A DNA stretch of 64,000 bases from Pseudomonadales bacterium (GTDB lineage Bacteria > Pseudomonadota > Gammaproteobacteria > Pseudomonadales > JANQJO01), in assembly GCA_028281605.1 (NCBI GenBank), contig JANQJO010000022.1, forward strand, positions 5,590-69,589, read 5' to 3'. A program made the translations under genes and the position numbers. Shown here one piece after another: positions 1 to 9,400 of the stretch (position 1 is the stretch's first letter; the number at the start of each line of letters is the position of its first letter). The notes under the pieces were generated by a model. That model was given only the letters and a program-made list of their open reading frames with translations, searched no databases and was not told where the DNA came from.

Positions 1-68
1 TGATCACTGCGCAAGAGGCGAACAGTGGGAGAGGTCTCGATTTGATAGGCTATCTGATCAATATCCAT
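1..68 (-). CDS. Start of an unidentified ORF running off the left edge (N-terminus MDIDQIAYQIETSPTVRLLRSD...)
   Basis: ATG at 68-66 on the minus strand, in-frame stop just upstream at 80-78, open to position 1. Only 22 codons are visible and there is no clear Shine-Dalgarno, so no product can be assigned. Confidence 0.3.
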   Translation of the reverse strand, partial: MDIDQIAYQIETSPTVRLLRSD

Positions 69-225
69 ACACGTGCTTTAAATTATCAATGATACAATTT
101 GCTATTATTTATAGCGTGGAGATGGGGCATTTTATCATTAGAAGTTAGGTTTGTTAACCATATTATTAGTTCAAGTGGAAAACAAACATCAACCTAGAAG
201 AATCACTTACCCAAAACTAATTACC

Positions 226-669
226 TTAATTCACGGGCGCAGGATGCCCCGCTTTTTGAATGGCCTCTAATGCCTCTGGCGGCATGTAATTTTCATCATG
301 TTTTGCTAACACCTCATCAGCAATTACGTTAGCTGACCCCGCATAACGTCCAGTAACAACAATACCCTGCCCTTCACGAAACAAGTCCGGCAAAATACCT
401 TTATATTCAATAGTCACATTGGACTGATTATCGGTAATATCAAAGCTCACTTTCAAAGATTTCTGATCTCGTGCAACACTGCCTTCTCTAACCAGTCCAC
501 CCACTCTAATGTTTTGCCCTTCCTTCACTCGCCCCTGCACAATTTCTGAAGGCGTAAAAAAATGATTTAAATTAGTGCCTAAAGCATATAGTAATAAGGC
601 AACAGCCCCTATACCACCTATCAATAGACTTAATATCACAATCAATCTTTTTTTTCTGACCCTATGCAT
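226..669 (-). CDS. ccmE: Cytochrome c maturation haem chaperone CcmE
   Basis: 147 aa with an N-terminal membrane anchor. C-terminal LAKHDENYMPPE matches the CcmE haem-binding His motif. It sits directly after ccmD/ccmC. Confidence 0.93.
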   Translation of the reverse strand: MHRVRKKRLIVILSLLIGGIGAVALLLYALGTNLNHFFTPSEIVQGRVKEGQNIRVGGLVREGSVARDQKSLKVSFDITDNQSNVTIEYKGILPDLFREGQGIVVTGRYAGSANVIADEVLAKHDENYMPPEALEAIQKAGHPAPVN

Positions 670-675
670 ATTAAA

Positions 676-840
676 TCACTCACAATGTTTTTGTTTTATT
701 ATTTTTTTTAATTGTTTTTTCTGATGTAATGAATGAAAAATCAACCCTAAAATAGTGACAAACCAAATACCATAGGCACTCCAAACATACAAGCCATGTT
801 GCCCCATTGTTAAAAAGTCCATCAATGAATCAAATTGCAT
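676..840 (-). CDS. ccmD: Haem exporter protein CcmD (54 aa, below the ORF-track cutoff)
   Basis: Hand translation of the minus strand gives MQFDSLMDFLTMGQHGLYVWSAYGIWFVTILGLIFHSLHQKKQLKKIIKQKHCE. It has one TM segment, the YVWxAYG pattern typical of CcmD, and fills the ccmC-ccmE gap exactly (ATG at 840, stop at 678-676). Confidence 0.75.
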   Translation of the reverse strand: MQFDSLMDFLTMGQHGLYVWSAYGIWFVTILGLIFHSLHQKKQLKKIIKQKHCE

Positions 841-841
841 A

Positions 842-1594
842 TCAATTTACTTCCTCTTTTATCCATTGGCTTTTTATCTCACGCTTTAACACTTCCGTTC
901 TGGCTCGCAAGAATAACAGGAAACCAAACAATGCATATAAACCAACAACCATAATCAGTAAAGGAATCCACATCTCAGCAGGCATAGCTGGCTTTTCAGT
1001 GAGTTTGAAAGTAGCTGGCTGGTGCAAAGTATTCCACCAATTAACAGAATACTTAATAATAGGCAAGTTCACGACACCAACCAATGCTAGAATATGGCAA
1101 GTTTGAGCGGCTATTTTAGGACTACGTATAGAACTACGAACAGCCATCAGGCCCATATATAAAAACAGTAAAATCAACATAGATGTCAAACGTGCATCCC
1201 AGACCCACCAAGTACCCCAAGTTGGCTTACCCCAAATCGCACCAGTAGCTAACCCTAGAAACGTAAAGGCTGCACCAATAGCTGCCGCTGAACTGGCAAT
1301 AATGTCTGCCATTTTCATTTTCCAAACCAAAGCCACCAGGGCACACACAGCAATTAAACCATAAACAGACATCGCCAAACTGGCTGAAGGAACATGAATA
1401 TAAATAATACGAAAACTGTTACCTTGTTGATAATCCTGCGGAGCAAAAGCCAAACCCCATACCATACCAACACTCAAACACAGCACAGCAATGACAGCAA
1501 AATAAGGCATCATTCGCCCAGAAAGATCATAAAAATATTTAGGCGAACCCATTTTATGATAAAAACGAATAAACCAATGACTATTCATATTCAT
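842..1594 (-). CDS. ccmC: Haem exporter / haem lyase subunit CcmC
   Basis: 250-aa polytopic membrane protein with the Trp-rich WGKPTWGTWWVWDARLTS motif characteristic of CcmC. Confidence 0.93.
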   Translation of the reverse strand: MNMNSHWFIRFYHKMGSPKYFYDLSGRMMPYFAVIAVLCLSVGMVWGLAFAPQDYQQGNSFRIIYIHVPSASLAMSVYGLIAVCALVALVWKMKMADIIASSAAAIGAAFTFLGLATGAIWGKPTWGTWWVWDARLTSMLILLFLYMGLMAVRSSIRSPKIAAQTCHILALVGVVNLPIIKYSVNWWNTLHQPATFKLTEKPAMPAEMWIPLLIMVVGLYALFGFLLFLRARTEVLKREIKSQWIKEEVN

Positions 1595-1601
1595 TACTGA
1601 C

Positions 1602-2336
1602 CTATTGACTACAAACCCCTACCTTCAAAGCCGCTGCAATAGCAAACGGTGCTAGAAACACGAATAAGCAAAACAAAGCCCCTAATACCGCAAGCTGCCC
1701 CATATAATCTTGTTGATTAATCGCCGAATAAACTGCACCTGTAGAAAAAATAATGACAGGAATCTGTAAGGGCAAACAAATCAATAACAACACCACACCC
1801 CCTCCATGAGCACATAAAGTAATAGCAGCGCCTATGGCATTGATAAAAGTAATAATGGGTGTTCCTAACAACAATGTGACCATCAAAACTTTGATTAAGT
1901 TCACTTCTAGAAACATAAAAACCGATAGTAAAGGCGCTAACAGCACCATAGGCAAACCTGTAAATAACCAATGCCCTGCCAGCTTGGCTTGTACAACAAG
2001 GGTTAAAGGTACTGAACTTAACACCAATTGCTCTAGTGTTCCTTCCGCCAAATCTGCCTTGAATAACTTATCAGCAGCCAACATGCTAGCTAAAATAACT
2101 GCTATCCAAATTACGCCAACCGCCATTGCAGAAAGCATTTCTTTAGAAGGACTAATACCAAGAGGAAATAAACTGATAATCATTACGAAAAAAATGATAG
2201 GATTCAACCACTGCTGTGGATTACGCAAAGATAACAACACTTCCTGTAAAAATACAGCTTTTATCGGTGCCCAAATAATCGAGTTGTTTAATTGTGGTAG
2301 ACGTGCACCGAGCACTTCAGATAATGGTACAGACAT
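1602..2336 (-). CDS. ccmB: Haem exporter permease CcmB
   Basis: 244-aa polytopic membrane protein located between ccmA and ccmC. The start codon could be slightly downstream. Confidence 0.88.
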   Translation of the reverse strand: MSVPLSEVLGARLPQLNNSIIWAPIKAVFLQEVLLSLRNPQQWLNPIIFFVMIISLFPLGISPSKEMLSAMAVGVIWIAVILASMLAADKLFKADLAEGTLEQLVLSSVPLTLVVQAKLAGHWLFTGLPMVLLAPLLSVFMFLEVNLIKVLMVTLLLGTPIITFINAIGAAITLCAHGGGVVLLLICLPLQIPVIIFSTGAVYSAINQQDYMGQLAVLGALFCLFVFLAPFAIAAALKVGVCSQ

Positions 2337-2343
2337 AGTAAAA

Positions 2344-2964
2344 TTAATGATCCTCTAACATGAGTATATCAAATTCTCTTTGCCAACCGAGTCGGTGATG
2401 GGTAGTGAGCAGCACCATACCACCAGCCTTAGCATGAGCATCAATCAGGCTTTCGAATTCTGCAACACCTTCTTGATCCAACGCGGTAAAAGGTTCATCT
2501 AGCACCCAAAATTTGCGCTCCTCAATCAGTAAACGAGCCAATTTAACTCTTTGCTTTTGACCACTTGAAAGTGTATAGACTGGGCGTTGTGCTGCCATTT
2601 TCAAGCCTACAGCTTCAAGACAAGCCATAATATGTTCTTGTGGCCACTGACCCCCAGACATTGCTCCATACCAAAGCAAGTTTTCCACAGGCGTCAAAGT
2701 TTCTTTAACTCCCGCTTTATGGCCAATATAGATCAGTTGTGTGCTGTAATCGTCAAAACACAACTCAATGCTAGCATCATGCCACTTAATTATGCCTTCA
2801 TAATCCAAGTTTAAACCACAAATAGTTTTTAACAATGTGGTTTTACCACTGCCATTGCGACCTTTCACTTGCAAAATACCACCAACCTCTAAGGTATGAG
2901 TAATACTTTCAAATAAAGGCCTACCTTCTATTTCGACACTTAACCCTACTAATGACAAAGACAT
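2344..2964 (-). CDS. ccmA: Cytochrome c biogenesis ABC ATPase CcmA
   Basis: Walker A GRNGSGKTTLLK, ABC signature LSSGQKQR, Walker B FWVLDEP. It is the first gene of the ccm cluster. Confidence 0.9.
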   Translation of the reverse strand: MSLSLVGLSVEIEGRPLFESITHTLEVGGILQVKGRNGSGKTTLLKTICGLNLDYEGIIKWHDASIELCFDDYSTQLIYIGHKAGVKETLTPVENLLWYGAMSGGQWPQEHIMACLEAVGLKMAAQRPVYTLSSGQKQRVKLARLLIEERKFWVLDEPFTALDQEGVAEFESLIDAHAKAGGMVLLTTHHRLGWQREFDILMLEDH

Positions 2965-3116
2965 ATTTTTCCATTATAACCCATTGATTTAAAGTTCATG
3001 AGTTGGTTTTTAGTTAACTTAGTTAACAAGGGCTGTCGATAGAGCAAACGTTACACAAATGCGGCAACTATACTGAGACTAAGACATAAGCAAAAACACC
3101 ACAGACTCGTTTCACA

Positions 3117-3184
3117 GTAACAGCCATGAGCGATACCTTTTGCGTCACCCCAAGTGATGAAAAAAAGGTATTGTCACGGTAAAG
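3117..3184 (+). repeat. Copy A of a roughly 65-nt conserved hairpin element (AACAGCCATGAGCGAT - variable stem - CGTCACC..GGTGATG - variable stem - CACGGTAAA)
   Basis: Aligns with copies at 29822-29890 and 50341-50400 in the same orientation. The outer stem ATACCTTTT/AAAAGGTAT differs from the other copies but stays complementary. Confidence 0.7.
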
Positions 3185-4603
3185 TTGACGAATATGGACA
3201 AATTTTCACATCCGTCAAATACTCTAAACACTACGAACACCCAAACTTTGATACAAAACAGTGATCAAAAACTGACAACTGTGTCCAGTCAGATGAAGCA
3301 GGGGCTTGAATTACTCAAGTCTGGCTTTCTAAAAAACCAACCGATGTTAATGCAAGTTATTGATGCTAAAGTTCTCACAGCCGAACGCGATGCATTAAAC
3401 TCACTATTCTTTGACAAAAACCTACATAAACTGACCTTACAATCACCTGAAACCACACTACAAGTACTATCTAAAATAGCGTATGCGCAGGGAACCAAGT
3501 TATGGATCAGACAGCAGTCTCCAACCGTTTTCCAAGTTCAACATACTGATGTCCTAGCTAAACACTTGCAAGCTCAAGTCATCAGGCAATTCAGTAGCCA
3601 CAAAGAACCTGGGCAAACTTTTTTGCCTAGTTTGATTTTGCATCCAGCCCTTCTTGCCAAACTACTACCCAGCAGCGAGCATCAACAAATACAGGCTATT
3701 TTATCTTTGCTGGCAGCCAATGTACTTGACTCTAAAAAAATCAGCTCCACTAAAATAAAAACGATCATCGAAAACGCAGGCCAGCTTTTGGAAGCCAAAC
3801 TCGCTCAAGGCCAAGGGTTAGATAAAAATGCGGTCATACAAGATACTAAAGGACAATTGCTAACGCTTTTAGACAAGCTTAATGGTATTATCAAGAGCTT
3901 AAGCGACACGCAAACATCATCTAGAAAAACAACCAAACAATTAGCATCACTAGAAGCTATTAAGACTTTATTTATTTTTTTAAACCAGTTTCATTCTGGC
4001 AAAATTATTAACAGTAACAAGCAAGGCACGCTATCCTCTCTTGATACTTTAATCGAACATCTTTTTAAACCTGAATCTAGAATTCCTTTATACTCATCCT
4101 TAGATCCTCAAAAATCAGAACTATTTCTTAAACAAGTGATTAAGGACATAGAAAAGAAATTACTGAAAATTACGACCAATCAATTGATGGTATTAGCACA
4201 AAGTGGATCGAAAACAGATCATTCTTTTCGTTTGCACAGCATTATTGAAATCCCAATTACTTTTGGCCATTTTATAGAAACAGTCTCTCTTCAAATAGAA
4301 GAGCAAGCAACTAACAAGACAGCAGCTCGCTCAAACGAAAAAATATGGCGTGTCAGTTTGTCTTTTAATTTCGAACAATATGGTATAGTCAAAGCGCGTT
4401 GTCTGTATACCAGTGGTGAGTTATCTTTAAATCTATTTGCAGAATCTGAAATAACACACAAAATCGTCAAGGAGCATCTGTCAACATTGAAAAGTTCCTT
4501 TAACCAAACAGCGATTACGCTAAAAGAATGTGCCTGCCATAAAGGTTTACCTAAAGAACAAAGGAAGCTCAACGAAAACTTTATGGTAAACATTAAACTA
4601 TGA
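3185..4603 (+). CDS. FliK-like (flagellar hook-length control C-terminal-domain-like) protein
   Basis: 472-aa Q/S/T/L-rich protein. The C-terminal block IWRVSLSFNFEQYGIVKARCLYTSGELSLNLFAESEITHKIVKEHLSTLKSSF resembles the FliK C-terminal fold. It is translationally coupled to an FlhB-CTD-like gene. The ORF-track start is TTG at 3185 and the first ATG is at 3194. Confidence 0.55.
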   Translation: MTNMDKFSHPSNTLNTTNTQTLIQNSDQKLTTVSSQMKQGLELLKSGFLKNQPMLMQVIDAKVLTAERDALNSLFFDKNLHKLTLQSPETTLQVLSKIAYAQGTKLWIRQQSPTVFQVQHTDVLAKHLQAQVIRQFSSHKEPGQTFLPSLILHPALLAKLLPSSEHQQIQAILSLLAANVLDSKKISSTKIKTIIENAGQLLEAKLAQGQGLDKNAVIQDTKGQLLTLLDKLNGIIKSLSDTQTSSRKTTKQLASLEAIKTLFIFLNQFHSGKIINSNKQGTLSSLDTLIEHLFKPESRIPLYSSLDPQKSELFLKQVIKDIEKKLLKITTNQLMVLAQSGSKTDHSFRLHSIIEIPITFGHFIETVSLQIEEQATNKTAARSNEKIWRVSLSFNFEQYGIVKARCLYTSGELSLNLFAESEITHKIVKEHLSTLKSSFNQTAITLKECACHKGLPKEQRKLNENFMVNIKL

Positions 4604-4884
4604 TAGAAAAAGACCAATGTCATAAAACCGCTGTAGCTTTAGAATATGATGGAGAAAAAGCTCCTTTTATCAGCGCCATTGGCTCAGAAAGCTTAGCAGA
4701 GATGATTCTACAAACCGCCATGGAGCATGAAATCCCCATCTATGAAAATAAAGAACTGGCTTGTTTATTGTCAAAACTGGAGTTGGGAGATGAAATCCCA
4801 CAAGACCTATATCTAATCATTGCGCAAGTATTAGCTTTTGTTTATCATGTCAAAGGTAAATTGCCAAGTGGTGGTGATATTTGA
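4600..4884 (+). CDS. Stand-alone FlhB/EscU C-terminal-domain-like protein
   Basis: 94 aa. AVALEYDGEKAPFISAIGSESLAEMILQTAMEHEIPIYENKELACLL...IPQDLYLIIAQVLAFV matches the cytoplasmic domain of the FlhB/YscU family. Its ATGA overlaps the upstream stop codon. Confidence 0.75.
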   Translation: MIEKDQCHKTAVALEYDGEKAPFISAIGSESLAEMILQTAMEHEIPIYENKELACLLSKLELGDEIPQDLYLIIAQVLAFVYHVKGKLPSGGDI

Positions 4885-5025
4885 TAAAAACACTTAATGG
4901 TCTGAATGCTAGCAGATAGTTGATAAAACTTACAATGCTCAATGACAAGTAATACATTAACCACTGAATCTATTTTACTATTTTTAAATAGTAAAATTAA
5001 TCAGCAAGTCTAAGGCACAAACATT

Positions 5026-5877
5026 ATGAATATCAATATTTTTGCGCAAAAAAACAGTGATACAAACGTTCCGTGCATAAACATCAATACTTCACAAAAT
5101 GTATTAAGTAAAATCATGCCGATAGCTATGATGACAGCAGGATCCATAGGAACTATTGTTTCACTAAGGCTACCTCCGAGCAAAGCTAAGATGCTTTTGT
5201 GTAGCATGAGTAGTATTGTTACCGCGTATGGTCTTGCTGCTCTCTATAGCCAACCTATTACAAATGATGATGAAATGATACATTATATCCGCAATCGATT
5301 AGACCAAGATATGATGATGGGCAAATTCTCTGGTAAAAAAATTGATATGTTTCCCTATTATGGATCAGATTTGACTTATGGTGAAGTGCAGAATTTATCA
5401 CCTAAAGCAGTTATAGAGCAAAAAACGATACAAGCAAAGAGATACAATGACTTATTTAAACTAATTACCCAAAATGCCCGCGAAACAAAGATAGCCAAAG
5501 TTATACAGATACTTAGATGTCTTGGCGCTTCAGCGGAAAACGCATATCGCGCAATCCTTGATACTATGTCATATAAAAATTGGTGGATTGCAAATGAACT
5601 TTCCACAAAATATCCTAAATTAACCTCCCCTCTTCTGAGAAAAGAAACTTTCATTGAAACCGCATGTCAATTACTCAAGCAGGTTTACAATATATGGGAA
5701 ACTCCTCTTAACTTTGATCAATTATCAAAATTTTGGGATAGAGCAGAGCCTGCTATTGACCCCTCTGGCGAGGCCGAAGTATTTTATAACGAAATTAAAG
5801 AGTGTATAGGCGCTCAGGGGCTGAACGTACTAGAAGAACCAGTTTTTCAGCTATTCAGAGTCCATGCAGGCTACTGA
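5026..5877 (+). CDS. Hypothetical protein with two predicted TM segments; AT-rich orphan
   Basis: 283-aa ORF with hydrophobic stretches IMPIAMMTAGSIGTIVSL and LLCSMSSIVTAYGLAALY. No recognisable motif and no clear SD. Confidence 0.45.
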   Translation: MNINIFAQKNSDTNVPCININTSQNVLSKIMPIAMMTAGSIGTIVSLRLPPSKAKMLLCSMSSIVTAYGLAALYSQPITNDDEMIHYIRNRLDQDMMMGKFSGKKIDMFPYYGSDLTYGEVQNLSPKAVIEQKTIQAKRYNDLFKLITQNARETKIAKVIQILRCLGASAENAYRAILDTMSYKNWWIANELSTKYPKLTSPLLRKETFIETACQLLKQVYNIWETPLNFDQLSKFWDRAEPAIDPSGEAEVFYNEIKECIGAQGLNVLEEPVFQLFRVHAGY

Positions 5878-6438
5878 GCAAGTAATGCCTGTATATTCTC
5901 CAGACAAAGTAGTGCACGCTTCCCGCTTGTAAAGAAGTGAGGGCAAATGATAAAAAAATGTATTTTGCTTTAATTCACCTCCTTTGTTGATTTGATTAAT
6001 CTCTGTATTCGGAGCAGAGAGTCTCCTTTTTATTTAATACGGTAAATATTTTTTACCTTTTCGAATAAAATCCCTTAACTCTTTGAGTTTATATGAAGCG
6101 TGCCTCAATTCCTGAAGGGAGGGTTGCAGGTTTGAGTGTAATGCACAAAATCGACAAAGGTTTCAAGTCATTTGTTCAGGCCTATAGTTTGACCGTCCAT
6201 TGTGTTGTATTTGCGTCAACTTATTTTACATTTTGTTTTTTTATTTGTTGATGCACTCACGTTAGTTTTTTGTTTTTGAAAGTAAAAACCCTCATGGCGT
6301 AAACCTTGCTTTCGCGCAGTGGTAATTTTGATTTTATATAGGGTTATTAAATAATGGCTAAATGTTAAAGCTGATGGCCATTCAAATGCTTAAGTTAAGA
6401 AAAATTTTAATTAAATTTTAATTAGAAGTGGTGACGCG

Positions 6439-9400
6439 ATGACTGCAAATACTATAGACACTCTTTTTAACGAACGTCAAATCAATCTTTATGCTAATGA
6501 TGATCAAGATGAATCCATTGTCCGTACACTGGCTGATGGTAGCTATATCATTGTTTGGACCAGCCGGGGTCAGGACGGCAATGTTGATGGTATTTTTGCA
6601 CAACGTTTCACTGAGTCTGGGCAGCGGCTAGGCGCGGAATTTCAAGTCAACAGCACAGTTTTAGGCAATCAAGCGACAGCGTCCGTTACCGGTTTGGCAG
6701 GTGGTGGTTTTGTAGTGACCTGGGTGGATCAGTTTGGTCATGACGGTAGCAGTTGGGGTATTTATAGCCAGCTTTATGATGTGAATGGCCAGCCAGTTGG
6801 CAGTGAGGCTTTAGTGAATACCACGACTGTTTCTTCACAGCAGGAGCCTGCTGTTACAGGCTTGAGCGATGGCAGTTATGTGATCACTTGGCGTGATGAC
6901 AGTGGTTCGGATGGAAGTGTTTCAGGTGTGTTTGCACAGCGATTCGATGCGGCGGGCAATGCGCTTGGTTCAGAGTTTCAGATCAATACGACTGGTGCAA
7001 ATCATCAATTTGATCCAGCTGTGACTGCGCTTGGTGCAGGATTTGTTGTGGTGTGGACTTCGTCGTTGCAGGACGGTTCGGGTAATGGAGTGTTTTTGCA
7101 GCGCTTTGATGACAACGGTAATGCTGTAGGGTTGGAGTCGCAAGTTAATCTTGAGGTTGCTTCGGATCAAGGGGAAGCCCAAGTTGTAGAATTGGCCAAT
7201 GGTGGGTTGGTGGTGACTTGGGCTTCCTTGACCAGTGGTTCGGCTGGTGATGGGTCTGGTGCTGGTGTATTTGCTCGTGTGTTTGATGCGGCGGGTAATC
7301 CTGCTACAGGAGAAGTGTTGGTTAATACGATCACCGTATCGGGTCAGTCACAACCTTCTATTGCAGCGCTATCTACTGGGGGTTTTGTCATCGTTTGGAC
7401 TGATCAAAGTGGTGCGGATGGCAGCTCTTGGGGTGTCTTTGGTCAAGAATTTGATGGAGCCGGTAACCCGGTTGGTGTGCAGTTTCAGGTGAATCAACAA
7501 AGCAGTAGTATTCAGTATCAGCCTTCTGTTACAGCTTTACAAAATGGAGGATACGTTGTCACTTGGAGCAGTAATGCCAGCGGTGAAGCCGGTGATGGCA
7601 GTGGTTATGGAGTGTTTTCACGTACTTTTGGTGATCCTGCGAACTTTGCTGTGCAAGTCAGTCCAGAGTTAGAGGGAATCAGCGGTGAGATCACGTTTAA
7701 TGAAAATGATCTTAATGCAGGCCCTCTGTTATTGGATATGAACGGTGCTTCTGCTGTCAGTGATGCAGATTCTACTGATTTTGAAGGTGGGCACTTGGTG
7801 GTGAGTCGCCTAACGGGTTTGGGGTTTGATAATCAACTGGGTTTTGATTCATCAACACAGGAGCAGTTGGGTATTCGAAATCAAGGTGTTGGAGCCGGTC
7901 AAATCGGTGTTGTAGGCAGTGATGTGACTTATGAAGGCACAGTCATAGGGTCTGTTGTTTCAAATGGTGTCAATGGCACTGATTTGGTGATTCAGTTTAA
8001 TAATAATGCCAACGCAACCAGTGTTGAAGCCTTGGTTGAGAATTTAACGTATCAAAATACTTCTGATGATCCAGTAGAGAGCCGCCAGTATGCAATACAA
8101 GTGAGTGATGGCGATGGCGGTACGAGTATTCCGCAAATTGTTACAGTCAATATTGTACCAGAGTTAGATGGTTTGCCTGCTGTTGGGGGTGAGCGACAAG
8201 TCAATAGTTTTATCTCAGGTGAGCAGGCCAGTTCCAGTCTGGCGGGTTTGTCCGATGGTGGGTATGTGATTGTCTGGCAGTCGGATGCTCAGGATGGTAG
8301 CGGTAACGGTATTTTTGCTCAGCGTTATACTCAGGAAGGTGTGATCACGGGCTCAGAGGTGTTGGTGAATACAACCGTGTTGGGTTCGCAGGTTGACCCT
8401 GTGGTTGCGGGTCTTACGGGTGGGGGGTATGTTGTTGCTTGGACGGATCAAAACAGTGGCTTAGATGGCTCTGGTTGGGGTGTGTTTGCGCAACAATTTG
8501 ACACGTTTGGTAATGCTGTTGGTAGCGAGTTCTTAGTCAACAGTACGACCGTGAGTTCTCAATATGAGCCTAGCATAGCAAGCTTGTCTGACGGTGGTTT
8601 TGTGATTGTGTACCGTGATGACAGTGGCAGCGATGGTAGTGCTGCTGGTGTTTTGGGGCAGCGTTTTAATGCGCTTGGGAATGCTGTGGGTTCAGAGTTT
8701 CAGGTGAATACGCAATTCAGTTCCAGTCAGTTTGATCCTAGTATTACAGGTTTAAGTGGCGGTGGGTTTGTGGTGACTTGGACGTCTGTCAGCAGTGGTT
8801 TAGCGGGTGATGGCAGTAGCTGGGGAACGTTTGCACAAGTCTATGATGCCGCTGGTAGTGCTGTAGGCTCAGAGTTTCAAGTGAATACGACAACGGTGCA
8901 AAGCCAGTATCAAGCTGTGGTGGCTGGTTTGAATGGCGGAGGGTTTGTAGTTGCTTGGCGTGATGACGGCGGTCAAGATGGTTCAGCTGATGCTGTTTTT
9001 GCGCAAAGATATGACGCCAGTGGAGCAGCGTTAGGTGCTGAATTTCGAGTGAATGAGAATACGAGCAGCTCTCAGTTTGCGCCTTCTATTGCAGCGTTAG
9101 AGGATGGGGGTTTTGTTGTTGCTTGGCAGGATAACAGTGGCCGTGATGGCAGTGGTAACGGTATTTTTGCGCAGCAATATGATGCGGCTGGTAATCGTAT
9201 TGATGGTGAATTTCAAGTGAATAGCGAATTTTCCAGTACTCAGTCAGACCCAGCGATTACAGCTGTGAACGGTGGAGGCTTTGTTGTGAGTTGGACCTCC
9301 AACACCAGTGGCAGTGCTGGCGATGGTGATAATACAGGTATTTTTCATCAGCGTTTTGGTACCAGCGTTGCTTCGCAGGCAGCACCGGTTTTAACGGAAG

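Noticed and set aside
807-2358. Plus-strand ORFs within the ccm genes (807-1106, 1394-1600, 1834-2358).
   Set aside because: They are antisense to well-supported ccmC and ccmB, with low-complexity translations and no motifs.
3128-3184. Tiny conserved ORFs inside the three hairpin elements (MSDTFCVTPSDEKKVLSR, MSDVIFVTPGDENYICTVNNFYI, MSDAMFVILGDEHCVCTNVFVW).
   Set aside because: There is no SD, and the lengths and C-termini are not conserved. The peptide similarity is fully explained by the conserved nucleotides of the hairpin, and the variable codons are exactly the covarying stem positions. I note it in case Ribo-seq says otherwise.
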